Under the pieces are notes generated by a model. It saw nothing but the letters and a program-made list of their open reading frames with translations. It did no database searches and had not been told where the DNA came from. 64,000 nt of DNA, taken from an uncultured Candidatus Saccharibacteria bacterium. Its GTDB lineage: Bacteria; Patescibacteriota; Doudnabacteria; UBA920. The position numbers were made by a program, and so were the translations under genes. The stretch spans positions 5,354 through 69,353 of the forward strand of contig CAZRKK010000002.1 of assembly GCA_964600695.1 (NCBI GenBank), in the 5' to 3' direction. Below, piece by piece: positions 35,156-44,667 of the stretch. The stretch's first letter is position 1; each line of letters starts with the position of its first letter.

Positions 35156-36181
35156 ATGCCGAAAACCAAATTTGATTTAATCGCCATTGGTGATCCTACA
35201 ATAGATACTTTTTTGTTGGTCGATGATATTGAAGTAAAAAAAATTAACGGACAACTAAAAGCTATTATAAGCTGGGGTGATAAACTGCCAGTGCAAAAAT
35301 TTTATCGTACAGTTGCTGGGAATGCTGCTAATAATGCTGTTGGAAGTAGTCGATTGGGTCTTAAAACGGCTTTCTATACAGTTCTCGCTCATGATGCAGG
35401 TGGAAGAGAGATTATTCACAAAATGCAAAAAGAAAAAGTTGTTACAGATTATATTGTCATCGATGACAAGCACCCAACTAACGCATCTACAGTACTAAGC
35501 CATAACGGCGAACGGACTATCTTTGTATATCATGAGCATCGAAAATATGTTTTGCCAAAATTGGCACCAGCAAAATGGGTTTACTTAACAAGCTTGGGTG
35601 ATGGCTTCGAAAAAATTTATAAAGATTTGGCTAAGTATTTAGATAAGAATAAAGTCGAGCTAGCTTTTAATCCGGGAACATTTCAACTTCGTAAAGGCCC
35701 TAAGTTTAATAAATTAATGCTCGAAAGAACTTCTGTATTGTCATTAAATAAAGAGGAAGCGCAAAGCTGGGTAGGGAATAGTGAAGATATCGAAGTCTTG
35801 GCGAAAAAATTACAGAAACTTGGGCCAAAGTGTGTAGTAATTACAGATGGTCGTAAAGGTGCTTATAGTTATAGTAACGAAGGTTATTTTTATATCACAG
35901 AATTTCCTGGACCACGCATAGATGCAACAGGGGCAGGTGATAGTTTTACCACTGCGTATGTCGCAGCTTTGGCAAGTGGGCAATCTCATAAGGAGGCCTT
36001 ACGGTGGGGTCCTGTGAATGCTGCTAGTGTCGTTAATAAAATTGGTCCACAGGAAGGCCTGCTCACTAAGAAGGAACTAGCAGGAAAACTTTCTAGAAGT
36101 AAAAGTTATCAGGCCACAGAAATGAAAGACGAAAAAATTAAATCTAAGATTGCTGCTATGGTAGGAAAGATGAAGGATTAA
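35156..36181 (+). CDS. PfkB-family carbohydrate kinase
   Basis: Ribokinase-like fold signature DATGAGDSF near the C-terminus, plus GG dipeptide region. Substrate cannot be assigned from sequence alone. Confidence 0.8.
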   Translation: MPKTKFDLIAIGDPTIDTFLLVDDIEVKKINGQLKAIISWGDKLPVQKFYRTVAGNAANNAVGSSRLGLKTAFYTVLAHDAGGREIIHKMQKEKVVTDYIVIDDKHPTNASTVLSHNGERTIFVYHEHRKYVLPKLAPAKWVYLTSLGDGFEKIYKDLAKYLDKNKVELAFNPGTFQLRKGPKFNKLMLERTSVLSLNKEEAQSWVGNSEDIEVLAKKLQKLGPKCVVITDGRKGAYSYSNEGYFYITEFPGPRIDATGAGDSFTTAYVAALASGQSHKEALRWGPVNAASVVNKIGPQEGLLTKKELAGKLSRSKSYQATEMKDEKIKSKIAAMVGKMKD

Positions 36182-36182
36182 A

Positions 36183-37049
36183 ATGTTAGTTCATATCAAA
36201 GAACTTTTCAACTCAGAAGTTAGGGGAAAGTTTGCTTACCCAGCCTTCAATACTATGAATCTCGAAATAACTCGAGGTATTATTGAAGCTGCCGAGGAAT
36301 TAAATACTCCAATTATTATAGAGACAAGTGAAGGAGCCATTAAGTATGCTGGGCTTGAGCCTATGTTCGAAATAATTGCTAGCCTTGCAATTAAAGCCAA
36401 GATTCCAGTAGCTTTGCATATGGATCATGGTAAAGATATGGAACAGTTGCAGAGAGGTATTGAACTCGGATATTCTTCAGTGATGATTGATCATTCTTCT
36501 TTACCTATTAATGAGAATATAAAGAACACCAAAGCAATGGTTGAATTTGCACATAAGGAAGGCGCTTGGGTTCAGGGTGAAGTGGGCCGTATCCGTGGAA
36601 GTGAAGACTGGGTGTCTGTATCTGAGAGTGAAAGTTTGCTGACTGAGCCCCAAGAAGCTTTAAAATTTTGGCAGGACACCAATGTTGATAGTTTAGCTTG
36701 TTCTTTTGGTACAATTCACGGTATTATTAAGATGAGTGGAAAGGCTGAAGCTAATGTAGACATCGACCGCATTAAACAGGTGTCTGAACTAGTTCCAGTT
36801 CCTTTAGTGTTACATGGTGCAAGCGGTGTACCTGATGATGTGATCGCCAATGCAATTAAAGCCGGCATCAGTATTATTAATATTGATACGGAGTTAAGGA
36901 TAGGGTTCACTAAAAATTTAAGACAGGCGTTATTAGAGCATCCTGATGAAGTTGACCCAAGAAAATATTTAACACCGGCAATTGAAGGTGTTAAGGATGC
37001 AGCAAAAAAGAAGTTATTAGCATTTAAAACAATTAATCAACTTAATTAA
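36183..37049 (+). CDS. fba: class II fructose-bisphosphate aldolase
   Basis: YPAFNT.N.E, HMDHG, LVLHGASG motifs. Confidence 0.9.
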   Translation: MLVHIKELFNSEVRGKFAYPAFNTMNLEITRGIIEAAEELNTPIIIETSEGAIKYAGLEPMFEIIASLAIKAKIPVALHMDHGKDMEQLQRGIELGYSSVMIDHSSLPINENIKNTKAMVEFAHKEGAWVQGEVGRIRGSEDWVSVSESESLLTEPQEALKFWQDTNVDSLACSFGTIHGIIKMSGKAEANVDIDRIKQVSELVPVPLVLHGASGVPDDVIANAIKAGISIINIDTELRIGFTKNLRQALLEHPDEVDPRKYLTPAIEGVKDAAKKKLLAFKTINQLN

Positions 37050-37050
37050 T

Positions 37051-37284
37051 ATGGGAATGGCTGGTTCCGGTTTATCGGACAAAAATGTAAGGTTACGTTT
37101 TTTAATCTATATTTTCATGGGGGTAATTGCTCTCGGTTCTGTGATGTATTGGAAAGTTAAACTTTTTGAGAATTCAGAATATGTAGAACTGACTTTCGGT
37201 ACTCATAAAGAAAAAGATCCATCACTCTTACAATCAGAAAATTATCAAATCGAAACATTCGAGACTTCACCAAGTGTAAAGTAG
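37051..37284 (+). CDS. small single-TM protein, hypothetical
   Basis: 77-aa ORF with an FLIYIFMGVIALGSVMYW helix, starting 1 nt after the fba stop. Confidence 0.4.
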   Translation: MGMAGSGLSDKNVRLRFLIYIFMGVIALGSVMYWKVKLFENSEYVELTFGTHKEKDPSLLQSENYQIETFETSPSVK

Positions 37285-37334
37285 TTATACGTAGCAACGC
37301 AAATAGACCGTAGTATTGAAATAAAAATAATAAA

Positions 37335-38366
37335 ATGCAAAATAAAATTAAAATTGGTATCAATGGATTTGGTCGTATAGGGCGACAGGCTTTTAAAATT
37401 GCTTTAGATAAACCAGAAATCGAGATTGTGGCGATAAATGATTTAACTAGCCCAGCAAGTTTGGCTCATCTTTTAAAATACGATAGTAACTATGGGAAGT
37501 TTGATCATACTATAGAGTCAAACGAAACTCATTTAATTGTAAATGGTAAAAGTTATTTAGTGACTGCAGAAAAAGATCCCGCTAACTTGCCTTGGGGCAA
37601 GCTTGGTGTAGATGTAGTTATCGAAAGTACAGGTAGATTTACAAGTGGAGAAAAGGCTAGTGGTCATTTAGCTGCGGGCGCGAAGAGGGTAATTATTTCT
37701 GCTCCAGCTAAAGATGAAGGTATTACTAAGACATATGTTTTAGGGGTAAACGAAGATGCTTATACCGACGAGGCTATCATTAGCAATGCCTCTTGCACCA
37801 CAAACTGTATTGCTCCTGTAGCGGCTGTTATGCATGCAAAGTTTGGAATCGAGAAAGCTATGATGACTACCATTCATAGTTACACAGCCGAACAAAACTT
37901 AGTAGATGGTCCTCCTCCAGGAGGGCACTCCGAAGATTTTCGTAGAGCACGAGCAGCAGCGGTAAATATTGTACCAACTACCACTGGGGCAGCTATTTCT
38001 GCCACAGAAACAATTCCAGAATTAAAAGGTTTGTTTGATGGTATGGCTATTCGCGTGCCTACTCCTGTTGGAAGTTTAACCGATTTTACCATGTTGTTAA
38101 AAAAAGATGTTACGGTCGAGGAAGTTAATCAAGCGTTTATAGATGCAACTACTCATCCTTTATACAAAGGCGTGTTAGTAGTAACAGATGAACAATTGGT
38201 TTCTTCTGATATCGTTGGTAACCCTGCTTCGGCTATTGTAGATTTATCTTTAACTAAAGTTACTGCCGGTAATTTTGTAAAAGTAATTGCTTGGTATGAT
38301 AATGAATTTGGTTATTCCAATAGACTTGTCGAACAAGTAATTTTAGTTGGCCAGAGTATTAAGTAG
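37335..38366 (+). CDS. gap: glyceraldehyde-3-phosphate dehydrogenase
   Basis: INGFGRIGR and SNASCTTNC catalytic motif, WYDNEFGYS. Confidence 0.96.
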   Translation: MQNKIKIGINGFGRIGRQAFKIALDKPEIEIVAINDLTSPASLAHLLKYDSNYGKFDHTIESNETHLIVNGKSYLVTAEKDPANLPWGKLGVDVVIESTGRFTSGEKASGHLAAGAKRVIISAPAKDEGITKTYVLGVNEDAYTDEAIISNASCTTNCIAPVAAVMHAKFGIEKAMMTTIHSYTAEQNLVDGPPPGGHSEDFRRARAAAVNIVPTTTGAAISATETIPELKGLFDGMAIRVPTPVGSLTDFTMLLKKDVTVEEVNQAFIDATTHPLYKGVLVVTDEQLVSSDIVGNPASAIVDLSLTKVTAGNFVKVIAWYDNEFGYSNRLVEQVILVGQSIK

Positions 38367-38375
38367 GTAAAGTGT

Positions 38376-38403
38376 AAAAAAAAAGAGCAGAAATTTCTGC
38401 TCT
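38376..38403 (-). terminator. rho-independent terminator oriented for the minus strand
   Basis: agagcag (38384-38390) / ctgctct (38397-38403). The A-run at 38376-38383 becomes the U-tract on the minus strand. There is no T-run on the plus-strand side. Confidence 0.7.
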
Positions 38404-38422
38404 GGATGAGGTGTAATTTGTT

Positions 38423-38509
38423 TTAGTTAGGGAGAAAGCTTATCCCTACGGCAAGAATTACAATCCCAAATAAGTAAGCGATGATTAAAATTTTAATATC
38501 TTTTCTCAT
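38423..38509 (-). CDS. 28-aa hydrophobic micro-protein (MRKDIKILIIAYLFGIVILAVGISFLPN)
   Basis: Not in the ORF track (too short). On the minus strand GGAGGA lies 3 nt before the ATG (ctggaggacaaATG), and the correctly oriented terminator starts 20 nt after the stop. Confidence 0.45.
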   Translation of the reverse strand: MRKDIKILIIAYLFGIVILAVGISFLPN

Positions 38510-38574
38510 TTGTCCTCCAGTCGATCGATGTAATAATTGATGTAGCACTAGTATTAAATCATAAATTATCAATT

Positions 38575-39822
38575 TTGTCAATAGAAAGCTTAACAAATAT
38601 TCTTAAAAAAGATGCAAAATCTCTCAAAAATAAGAGAGTTTTGTTAAGATTAGATTTAAACGAAGAGATATCCACAACTGGTAAGTTGCTAGATAATTTT
38701 AGGATTCAGTCGGCAATACCTACAATAAAAATTTTGCGTTCTGCTGGTGCAAAAATCATTATCGTCTCTCATTTGGGTCGGCCAGAAGGGAAGTGGGGTA
38801 CTAGCTTGTCCTTAAAACCAATCGCTAATTGTTTAGCAGAGATGTTGGATTATAAGTACGTAGAGACTGATGGTAAGTTACCGACATATTCAATTCCACA
38901 TCTCGTACTTTTTAAAAATGATATTACCAAGCCTGAGTCTTTAGAATTTCTAAATGATCAGTCAGCTCAGGATATTGTGATGTTAGAAAATATTCGCTTT
39001 TACGAAGGCGAAGATCTAAACTCAGATATTTTTTCGGAACAACTTTCTAAGACAGCTGATTTATTTGTTAATGATGCGTTTAGTGTTTGTCATAGAGCAG
39101 CTGCTTCTGTAGTTGGGGTTACTAAATACCTACCTAGTAGTGCAGGGCCCTTACTAGAAAAAGAAATTAAAGCACTAGAGTTCATGCTTTCTAATAAAGT
39201 TGCAAAACCATTTGTTCTTATGATGGGCGGAATTAAGATTGCCGACAAAGAACAAACTTTGCGTAACCTTGGTAAGCGAGCCGACAAGATTTTACTTGCC
39301 GGTGGTTTGGCTAATTTGTTTTTAAAAGCTCAGGGTTATGATGTTGGTGTTGATGTTGCAGATAAAAAAAGCCTGGCTTTAGCCAAAGAGTTATTACTAA
39401 ATTTTAAATCAAAACTAGTATTACCTTCTGATGTTGCAGTTAAAACTATCAAAGCCCCAAATCAGGCACAAGCTAAACAGTTATCAGAAATTGTGGCTAC
39501 AGATAAACTTTATGATATTGGTCCGCAATCAATTTTGGCTTTTAGCAAGATATTAAAAACTGCTGGAACAATTTGTTGGAATGGCCCACTAGGGTATTTT
39601 GAGGATAAGTCTTTTCGGGCGGGGACAATGGCTATCTCCAATGTTATAGGTGGTTTAGGTAAACGCAAAGCTTACGTATTGGTAGGTGGTGGTGAAACCG
39701 TTGCCTCTGTTAGGTTGGCTGGCCAGTTAGAACACATTGACCATGTGTCTACAGGTGGTGGTGCTATGCTAGAATTTTTAGCCGGTGCTAAACTTCCTGG
39801 AATTGAAGCCTTAAGAAAATAA
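38575..39822 (+). CDS. pgk: phosphoglycerate kinase
   Basis: RLDLN, VSHLGRP, FYEGE, GGGD/GGGAMLEFL-type motifs. Apparent TTG start. Confidence 0.93.
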   Translation: MSIESLTNILKKDAKSLKNKRVLLRLDLNEEISTTGKLLDNFRIQSAIPTIKILRSAGAKIIIVSHLGRPEGKWGTSLSLKPIANCLAEMLDYKYVETDGKLPTYSIPHLVLFKNDITKPESLEFLNDQSAQDIVMLENIRFYEGEDLNSDIFSEQLSKTADLFVNDAFSVCHRAAASVVGVTKYLPSSAGPLLEKEIKALEFMLSNKVAKPFVLMMGGIKIADKEQTLRNLGKRADKILLAGGLANLFLKAQGYDVGVDVADKKSLALAKELLLNFKSKLVLPSDVAVKTIKAPNQAQAKQLSEIVATDKLYDIGPQSILAFSKILKTAGTICWNGPLGYFEDKSFRAGTMAISNVIGGLGKRKAYVLVGGGETVASVRLAGQLEHIDHVSTGGGAMLEFLAGAKLPGIEALRK

Positions 39823-39833
39823 TTTTTCTCTAT

Positions 39834-41087
39834 ATGATTTCCAAAATTAGCAAAATTACTGCTCGCCAAATTTTAGATAGCAGAGGCAATCCAACCTTAG
39901 AGGTTAGTGTGTATGCCGGTAAATCTTTTGCTGTGGCGTCTGTACCAAGTGGAGCCTCGACAGGAAGTCACGAGGCAGTAGAATTACGCGATGGCGGCAA
40001 AGCTTGGCGCGGTTTAGGGGTGCAAAAAGCAGTAAAAAACGTCGAGAAAATCATCACTCCCTTATTAAAAAATATTTCGGTTTTTGACCAAATGGAAATT
40101 GATAGACTAATGTTGGCTAAAGATAATACACCCGACAAGCGACGCTTAGGAGCCAATGCAATATTAGGAGTATCGTTGGCGGTATCACGCTTAGCTGCGC
40201 AATTAAAAAATCAAACTTTATATAATTATTTAGCTAAGACCTATCAGTTTAAAAAACCTTCCTCTCTACCAACACCTTTACTAAATGTTTTAAATGGAGG
40301 ACTTCATGCTGATTCTGGCACAGACGTGCAGGAGTTCTTCTTTATTCCAAAGCGGGGAAAATTTGCCCAAAAGTTAGAAATTGGTAGCCAAGCTATATCT
40401 GCATTAAAACAACTAATAAAAAAGAAAAAACTTTCTGTTGGTTTAGGTGACGAAGGTGGATTTGCTCCTAAGGTTCATTCTAACGAGAAGGCTTTACGTT
40501 TATTACTGGCTGCTGTGCATAAAGCTAAGTTTCGTTTAGGGAAAGATATCGCCTTAGGTATCGATGCTGCTGCCAGTGAATTTTTTGATGCCGAGAGAGA
40601 AGTCTATAATTTTAGTTCTGATAACAAACATTACAAACCTGCAAGTGTTTATAAGTTATATGCAAGTTGGGTAAAACGATTTGGTTTAGAAATAATCGAA
40701 GACGGATGCGCCGAGGATGATTTTGCGGGTTGGCAAAAGTTAACTTCAGCTTTAGGGGATAATATAACTCTGGTAGGTGATGATTTGTTTGTAACAAACC
40801 CTGCACGACTACAGGCTGGAATAATTTCTGGAATAGCTAACAGTGTACTAATTAAACCAAACCAAATTGGATCGGTGTCGGAAACAATGGCAACGATTAA
40901 GTTGGCCAAAAAGTTTAATTATAAAGTTGTCATTTCACATCGAAGCGGGGAAACGGCCGATGATTTTATTGCCGATTTAGCAGTTGCGGTTGGCGCGGAT
41001 TATATCAAGGCAGGTAGCTTAGCTCGAGGGGAGCGTTTAGCAAAGTATAATCGATTATTAAAAATTGCCGACGAACTTAAGCAGTAG
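39834..41087 (+). CDS. eno: enolase
   Basis: ITARQILDSRGNPTLEV, SHRSGETAD, IKAGSLARGERLAKYN. Confidence 0.96.
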   Translation: MISKISKITARQILDSRGNPTLEVSVYAGKSFAVASVPSGASTGSHEAVELRDGGKAWRGLGVQKAVKNVEKIITPLLKNISVFDQMEIDRLMLAKDNTPDKRRLGANAILGVSLAVSRLAAQLKNQTLYNYLAKTYQFKKPSSLPTPLLNVLNGGLHADSGTDVQEFFFIPKRGKFAQKLEIGSQAISALKQLIKKKKLSVGLGDEGGFAPKVHSNEKALRLLLAAVHKAKFRLGKDIALGIDAAASEFFDAEREVYNFSSDNKHYKPASVYKLYASWVKRFGLEIIEDGCAEDDFAGWQKLTSALGDNITLVGDDLFVTNPARLQAGIISGIANSVLIKPNQIGSVSETMATIKLAKKFNYKVVISHRSGETADDFIADLAVAVGADYIKAGSLARGERLAKYNRLLKIADELKQ

Positions 41088-41115
41088 AGCTTAGTTACGG
41101 GAACTTAATTTATAA

Positions 41116-42735
41116 ATGAAAAGAGTTTACAAAAAAATTGTCTTGGTGGTCTTAGATGGATTTGGTGTGGCTACATACAGTCACGGTAATGCCATTGCTT
41201 TGGCTAATCCAGAGGCGATGAACGATCTCATTGCTCACTATCCATCGTTAACTTTATTGGCTTCTGGTCCAGTGGTTGGTTTGCCGTGGGGTGAAGTAGG
41301 TAACTCTGAAGTTGGTCATTTGAATATGGGAGCTGGTAGGGTTGTTGGCCAAGATTTGCCGCGTATTAATGCGGCAATTTCGGACCATTCATTTTTAAGC
41401 AACCCAGTCTTTTTAGAAGCAATTGAGCATGCTCGAAAAAATAACTCAAAACTACATTTAGTTGGGTTGGTGAGTGACGGTGGTGTTCACAGTAGTTGTG
41501 AGCATTTATACGCGCTATTGGGTGTGGCAGCCGAGCAACAGTTTAATGAGGTTTATATCCATATGTTTACTGATGGACGTGATACAGGGCCAAAAGTCGC
41601 CTTAGAAAGCATTGCTAAACTCAAAGACACAATTGCGAAATTAGGTGTAGGGAAAATTGCTACAATCGCTGGGCGATTTTATGGCATGGACCGTGGTAAG
41701 CATTGGGATCAAACTGAAGCTATGTATAGAGCAATGGTTAAAGGCGCAGGTGCTGCTGCGGACTCTGCAGAAGATGCAATTTTAAATAACTATAATCAAA
41801 ATATTTTTGATGAAATGATTCCACCTACGGTAATTGTTTCTAGGGGTGAAGATGGAAGTATTAAACCTACTGGTGTTGTTTCTAGTAATGATGCAATAAT
41901 ATTTTTTAATTTTCGATCTGATCGAGCTATTCAGTTAACTAAAGCATTTGTGGTCCCACAGGATATGGATATCGAAAAAAAGCACCCTCCTTTGGATAAT
42001 TTATATTTTGCCACTATGACTGAGTATCTTAGTAACTTGCCGGTTCATGTGGCTTTTGCTCAACAGAATCTAAAAAATAATTTGGCCGAAGCTTTATCTA
42101 CCAGAGGAATTCGTCAGTATCACATTGCGGAAAGCGAAAAATTTGCTCACGTCACTTCATTCTTCAATGGGGGAGTAAGTGAGCCGTTTGCGGGTGAGGA
42201 GCGTACTATTGTGCAAAGCCCTATCAATGATAAGAATTATGTGGATCGACCTCAGATGTCGGGAATCGAAGTTGCAGACAAGTTAGTTCATAAGATTATG
42301 GAAGAAGACTTTCAATTCTATTTAGCTAACTTTGCAAACTCAGATATGGTTGGTCATACAGGGAATATTACTGCTGGGATTAAGGCTGTGCAGTATCTAG
42401 ATCGTTTCTTAGAACAAATTCGTAAGGCTGTGCTAAGTGTTGATGGTTTATTAATCATTAGTGCCGACCATGGTAACATCGAAGAAATGATCGACCGTAA
42501 GACTGGTGATATAAACACAGAGCATAGTACTAGCCCAGTTCCATTTATTGCCATGGCTAAAGACTTAGCTTTTCCTGTAGCTAAGAATCGTAACTATTTA
42601 TCATTATCCAGTATGATGCCTTCTGGGGTAGTTTCTGATATTGCGCCAACCATCCTAGAATTTTTTGGTATTCCTAAGCCAGCAGAGATGACTTCTGTAA
42701 GTTTAGTGGATCAAATCGAGGCCCAGCTAAAATAG
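41116..42735 (+). CDS. gpmI: 2,3-bisphosphoglycerate-independent phosphoglycerate mutase
   Basis: VLVVLDGFG, NSEVGHLNMGAGR, SDGGVHS, ADHGN motifs. Confidence 0.94.
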   Translation: MKRVYKKIVLVVLDGFGVATYSHGNAIALANPEAMNDLIAHYPSLTLLASGPVVGLPWGEVGNSEVGHLNMGAGRVVGQDLPRINAAISDHSFLSNPVFLEAIEHARKNNSKLHLVGLVSDGGVHSSCEHLYALLGVAAEQQFNEVYIHMFTDGRDTGPKVALESIAKLKDTIAKLGVGKIATIAGRFYGMDRGKHWDQTEAMYRAMVKGAGAAADSAEDAILNNYNQNIFDEMIPPTVIVSRGEDGSIKPTGVVSSNDAIIFFNFRSDRAIQLTKAFVVPQDMDIEKKHPPLDNLYFATMTEYLSNLPVHVAFAQQNLKNNLAEALSTRGIRQYHIAESEKFAHVTSFFNGGVSEPFAGEERTIVQSPINDKNYVDRPQMSGIEVADKLVHKIMEEDFQFYLANFANSDMVGHTGNITAGIKAVQYLDRFLEQIRKAVLSVDGLLIISADHGNIEEMIDRKTGDINTEHSTSPVPFIAMAKDLAFPVAKNRNYLSLSSMMPSGVVSDIAPTILEFFGIPKPAEMTSVSLVDQIEAQLK

Positions 42736-42771
42736 TGTTGTCGAGTTGGGAGGTTGTGTTATGATGCCTAT

Positions 42772-44667
42772 ATGGCAAAATACTGGCAATTAAAACAACC
42801 TGTTCCACCGGCAATTTTGGAACAATTTCCAGAAATTTCTACACTGCAAGTGCAGTTGCTTTATAATTTGGGCTTATCCGATCCAGATCGTGTGGATTGG
42901 TTTTTAAATCCTGATTATCATAATCTATACGACCCATTTTTATTCGGACAAATGCAGACTGCAGTCGACAGGACTTGGGAGGCTATAGAAAAAGGCGAAA
43001 AAATCCTAATTTATGGAGATTATGACGCCGACGCTGTGACTGCCAATGCCGTTCTTCAACAAACTTTTCGATATTTAGGTATAAATGATGTAGAAAGTTA
43101 TATCCCAGACCGTTTTTCTGAAGGATATGGGCTTAACTTAGAGGCTTTTCAAAAAATTAAGGACATGGGGGTAAAGTTAGTAATTACGGTTGATTGTGGG
43201 ACAAACTCTGTTGAAGAAGCCAAATTTTGCAAAGCTAATGGCATTGATTTAATTATCACCGATCATCACGAAATTACTGGGGATATCCCGGACAGTTTTG
43301 CTTTGGTTAATCCAAAAAACCCAGAAGAACTTTATCCAGATAAACAGGTAACTGGTGTGGGGGTGGCCTATAAATTTGCTAAGGCTCTATTAAGTAATCA
43401 TGAAAAAGTTATTGCTCAAAAGAAAATTGAACCAGACCAACATAATCCGGAATGGGATAAATGGTTATTAGATTTAGTTGCTATTGGTACCGTTGCAGAT
43501 TGTCATTCTTTACTTGGAGAAAATAGAATCTTAGTAAAGTTTGGATTAAAGGTTTTACAAAAGACTCGCTGGTTAGGCCTTCGTTTATTAATAGAGAATG
43601 CAGGCTTAGATTTTCGTAAGAAAACTCCCGACTCAATCACAATTGGTTTTAATATTGCACCGCGTATCAATGCCGCAGGACGTTTAGAACATGCCGACAT
43701 TGCGTTAAAATTACTTACCACTACCGATTATGCAGAGGGTATTGATCTTGCCAATCGTATCGAAGAAATTAACCGTCGACGTCAAGATATTACCGCGCGG
43801 ATAGTTTCTGAGGCAAAAGAAAAAGCGGCATTAATATCTGATCGAAAAATTTTAGTGTTAGCCGATGAGGCTTGGCCAAAAGGAGTTGTAGGGATTGTTG
43901 CCGGAAAATTAGCCGACCATTATAAGAAACCAGTTATTGTAATGCAAAAGGGCGAAACTGAATCTACAGGATCCGCTCGCACAGCTCGCGGGTTTGATAT
44001 TGTTTCGGCTCTTATTGCTTGTCGAGAAAAGATTAAAAAATTTGGTGGTCACAAGGAGGCCGCTGGTCTGACAGTGGAGAACGATAAGATGGATGAGTTT
44101 TACATGGAGCTGCTTAAATATACAGAACTTCATTGGCCAGAAGAATTACCTCCAGCTATTTTAGAACTAGATGCTGAATTATCAGAAACAGATTTATCTT
44201 TTGATCGATATGCTGAAATCGAAGCCTTAGAACCCTATGGAGCAGGAAACCCTAAACCAAAGTTTATTTTGGCAGAAAGCACTGTAATTTCTCATCGATT
44301 GGTTGGGGCTACTAGTCAGCATTTGCAGTTACAAGTATTATGCGGCGAAACTTTACTAGAAACTATTGGTTTTAGTATGGCGTACGCGGCAATTGGTTTA
44401 GAAGCTGGGAAGGAAGTCTCTCTTGCTGGAGAGCTAATGGTCGACAGTTGGAATGGAACAAAAAAGTTAAAAATGCGCCTAATTGATGTTAAACTTAAAG
44501 AGGCTCTGGAAGAGGCAGAAGCCATTGCAGTGCCGGACGTAGAAGTAGTCTCGGGCGTAGAAGTAGCCTCGGAAGCAGTTGAAGCGCCGATCGCCGTAGC
44601 GCCGGCAGCGTCAGAGTCAAATTTAGAAACAATAACCTTAAAACAAAATGAAGAAATTACAGCTTAG
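42772..44667 (+). CDS. recJ: single-stranded-DNA-specific exonuclease RecJ
   Basis: DHH-family motifs (YGDYDADAVT, TVDCG, ITDHHE). I prefer the ATG at 42772 over the TTG at 42754. The C-terminal tail is A/V/E-rich and CpG-rich. Confidence 0.9.
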   Translation: MAKYWQLKQPVPPAILEQFPEISTLQVQLLYNLGLSDPDRVDWFLNPDYHNLYDPFLFGQMQTAVDRTWEAIEKGEKILIYGDYDADAVTANAVLQQTFRYLGINDVESYIPDRFSEGYGLNLEAFQKIKDMGVKLVITVDCGTNSVEEAKFCKANGIDLIITDHHEITGDIPDSFALVNPKNPEELYPDKQVTGVGVAYKFAKALLSNHEKVIAQKKIEPDQHNPEWDKWLLDLVAIGTVADCHSLLGENRILVKFGLKVLQKTRWLGLRLLIENAGLDFRKKTPDSITIGFNIAPRINAAGRLEHADIALKLLTTTDYAEGIDLANRIEEINRRRQDITARIVSEAKEKAALISDRKILVLADEAWPKGVVGIVAGKLADHYKKPVIVMQKGETESTGSARTARGFDIVSALIACREKIKKFGGHKEAAGLTVENDKMDEFYMELLKYTELHWPEELPPAILELDAELSETDLSFDRYAEIEALEPYGAGNPKPKFILAESTVISHRLVGATSQHLQLQVLCGETLLETIGFSMAYAAIGLEAGKEVSLAGELMVDSWNGTKKLKMRLIDVKLKEALEEAEAIAVPDVEVVSGVEVASEAVEAPIAVAPAASESNLETITLKQNEEITA

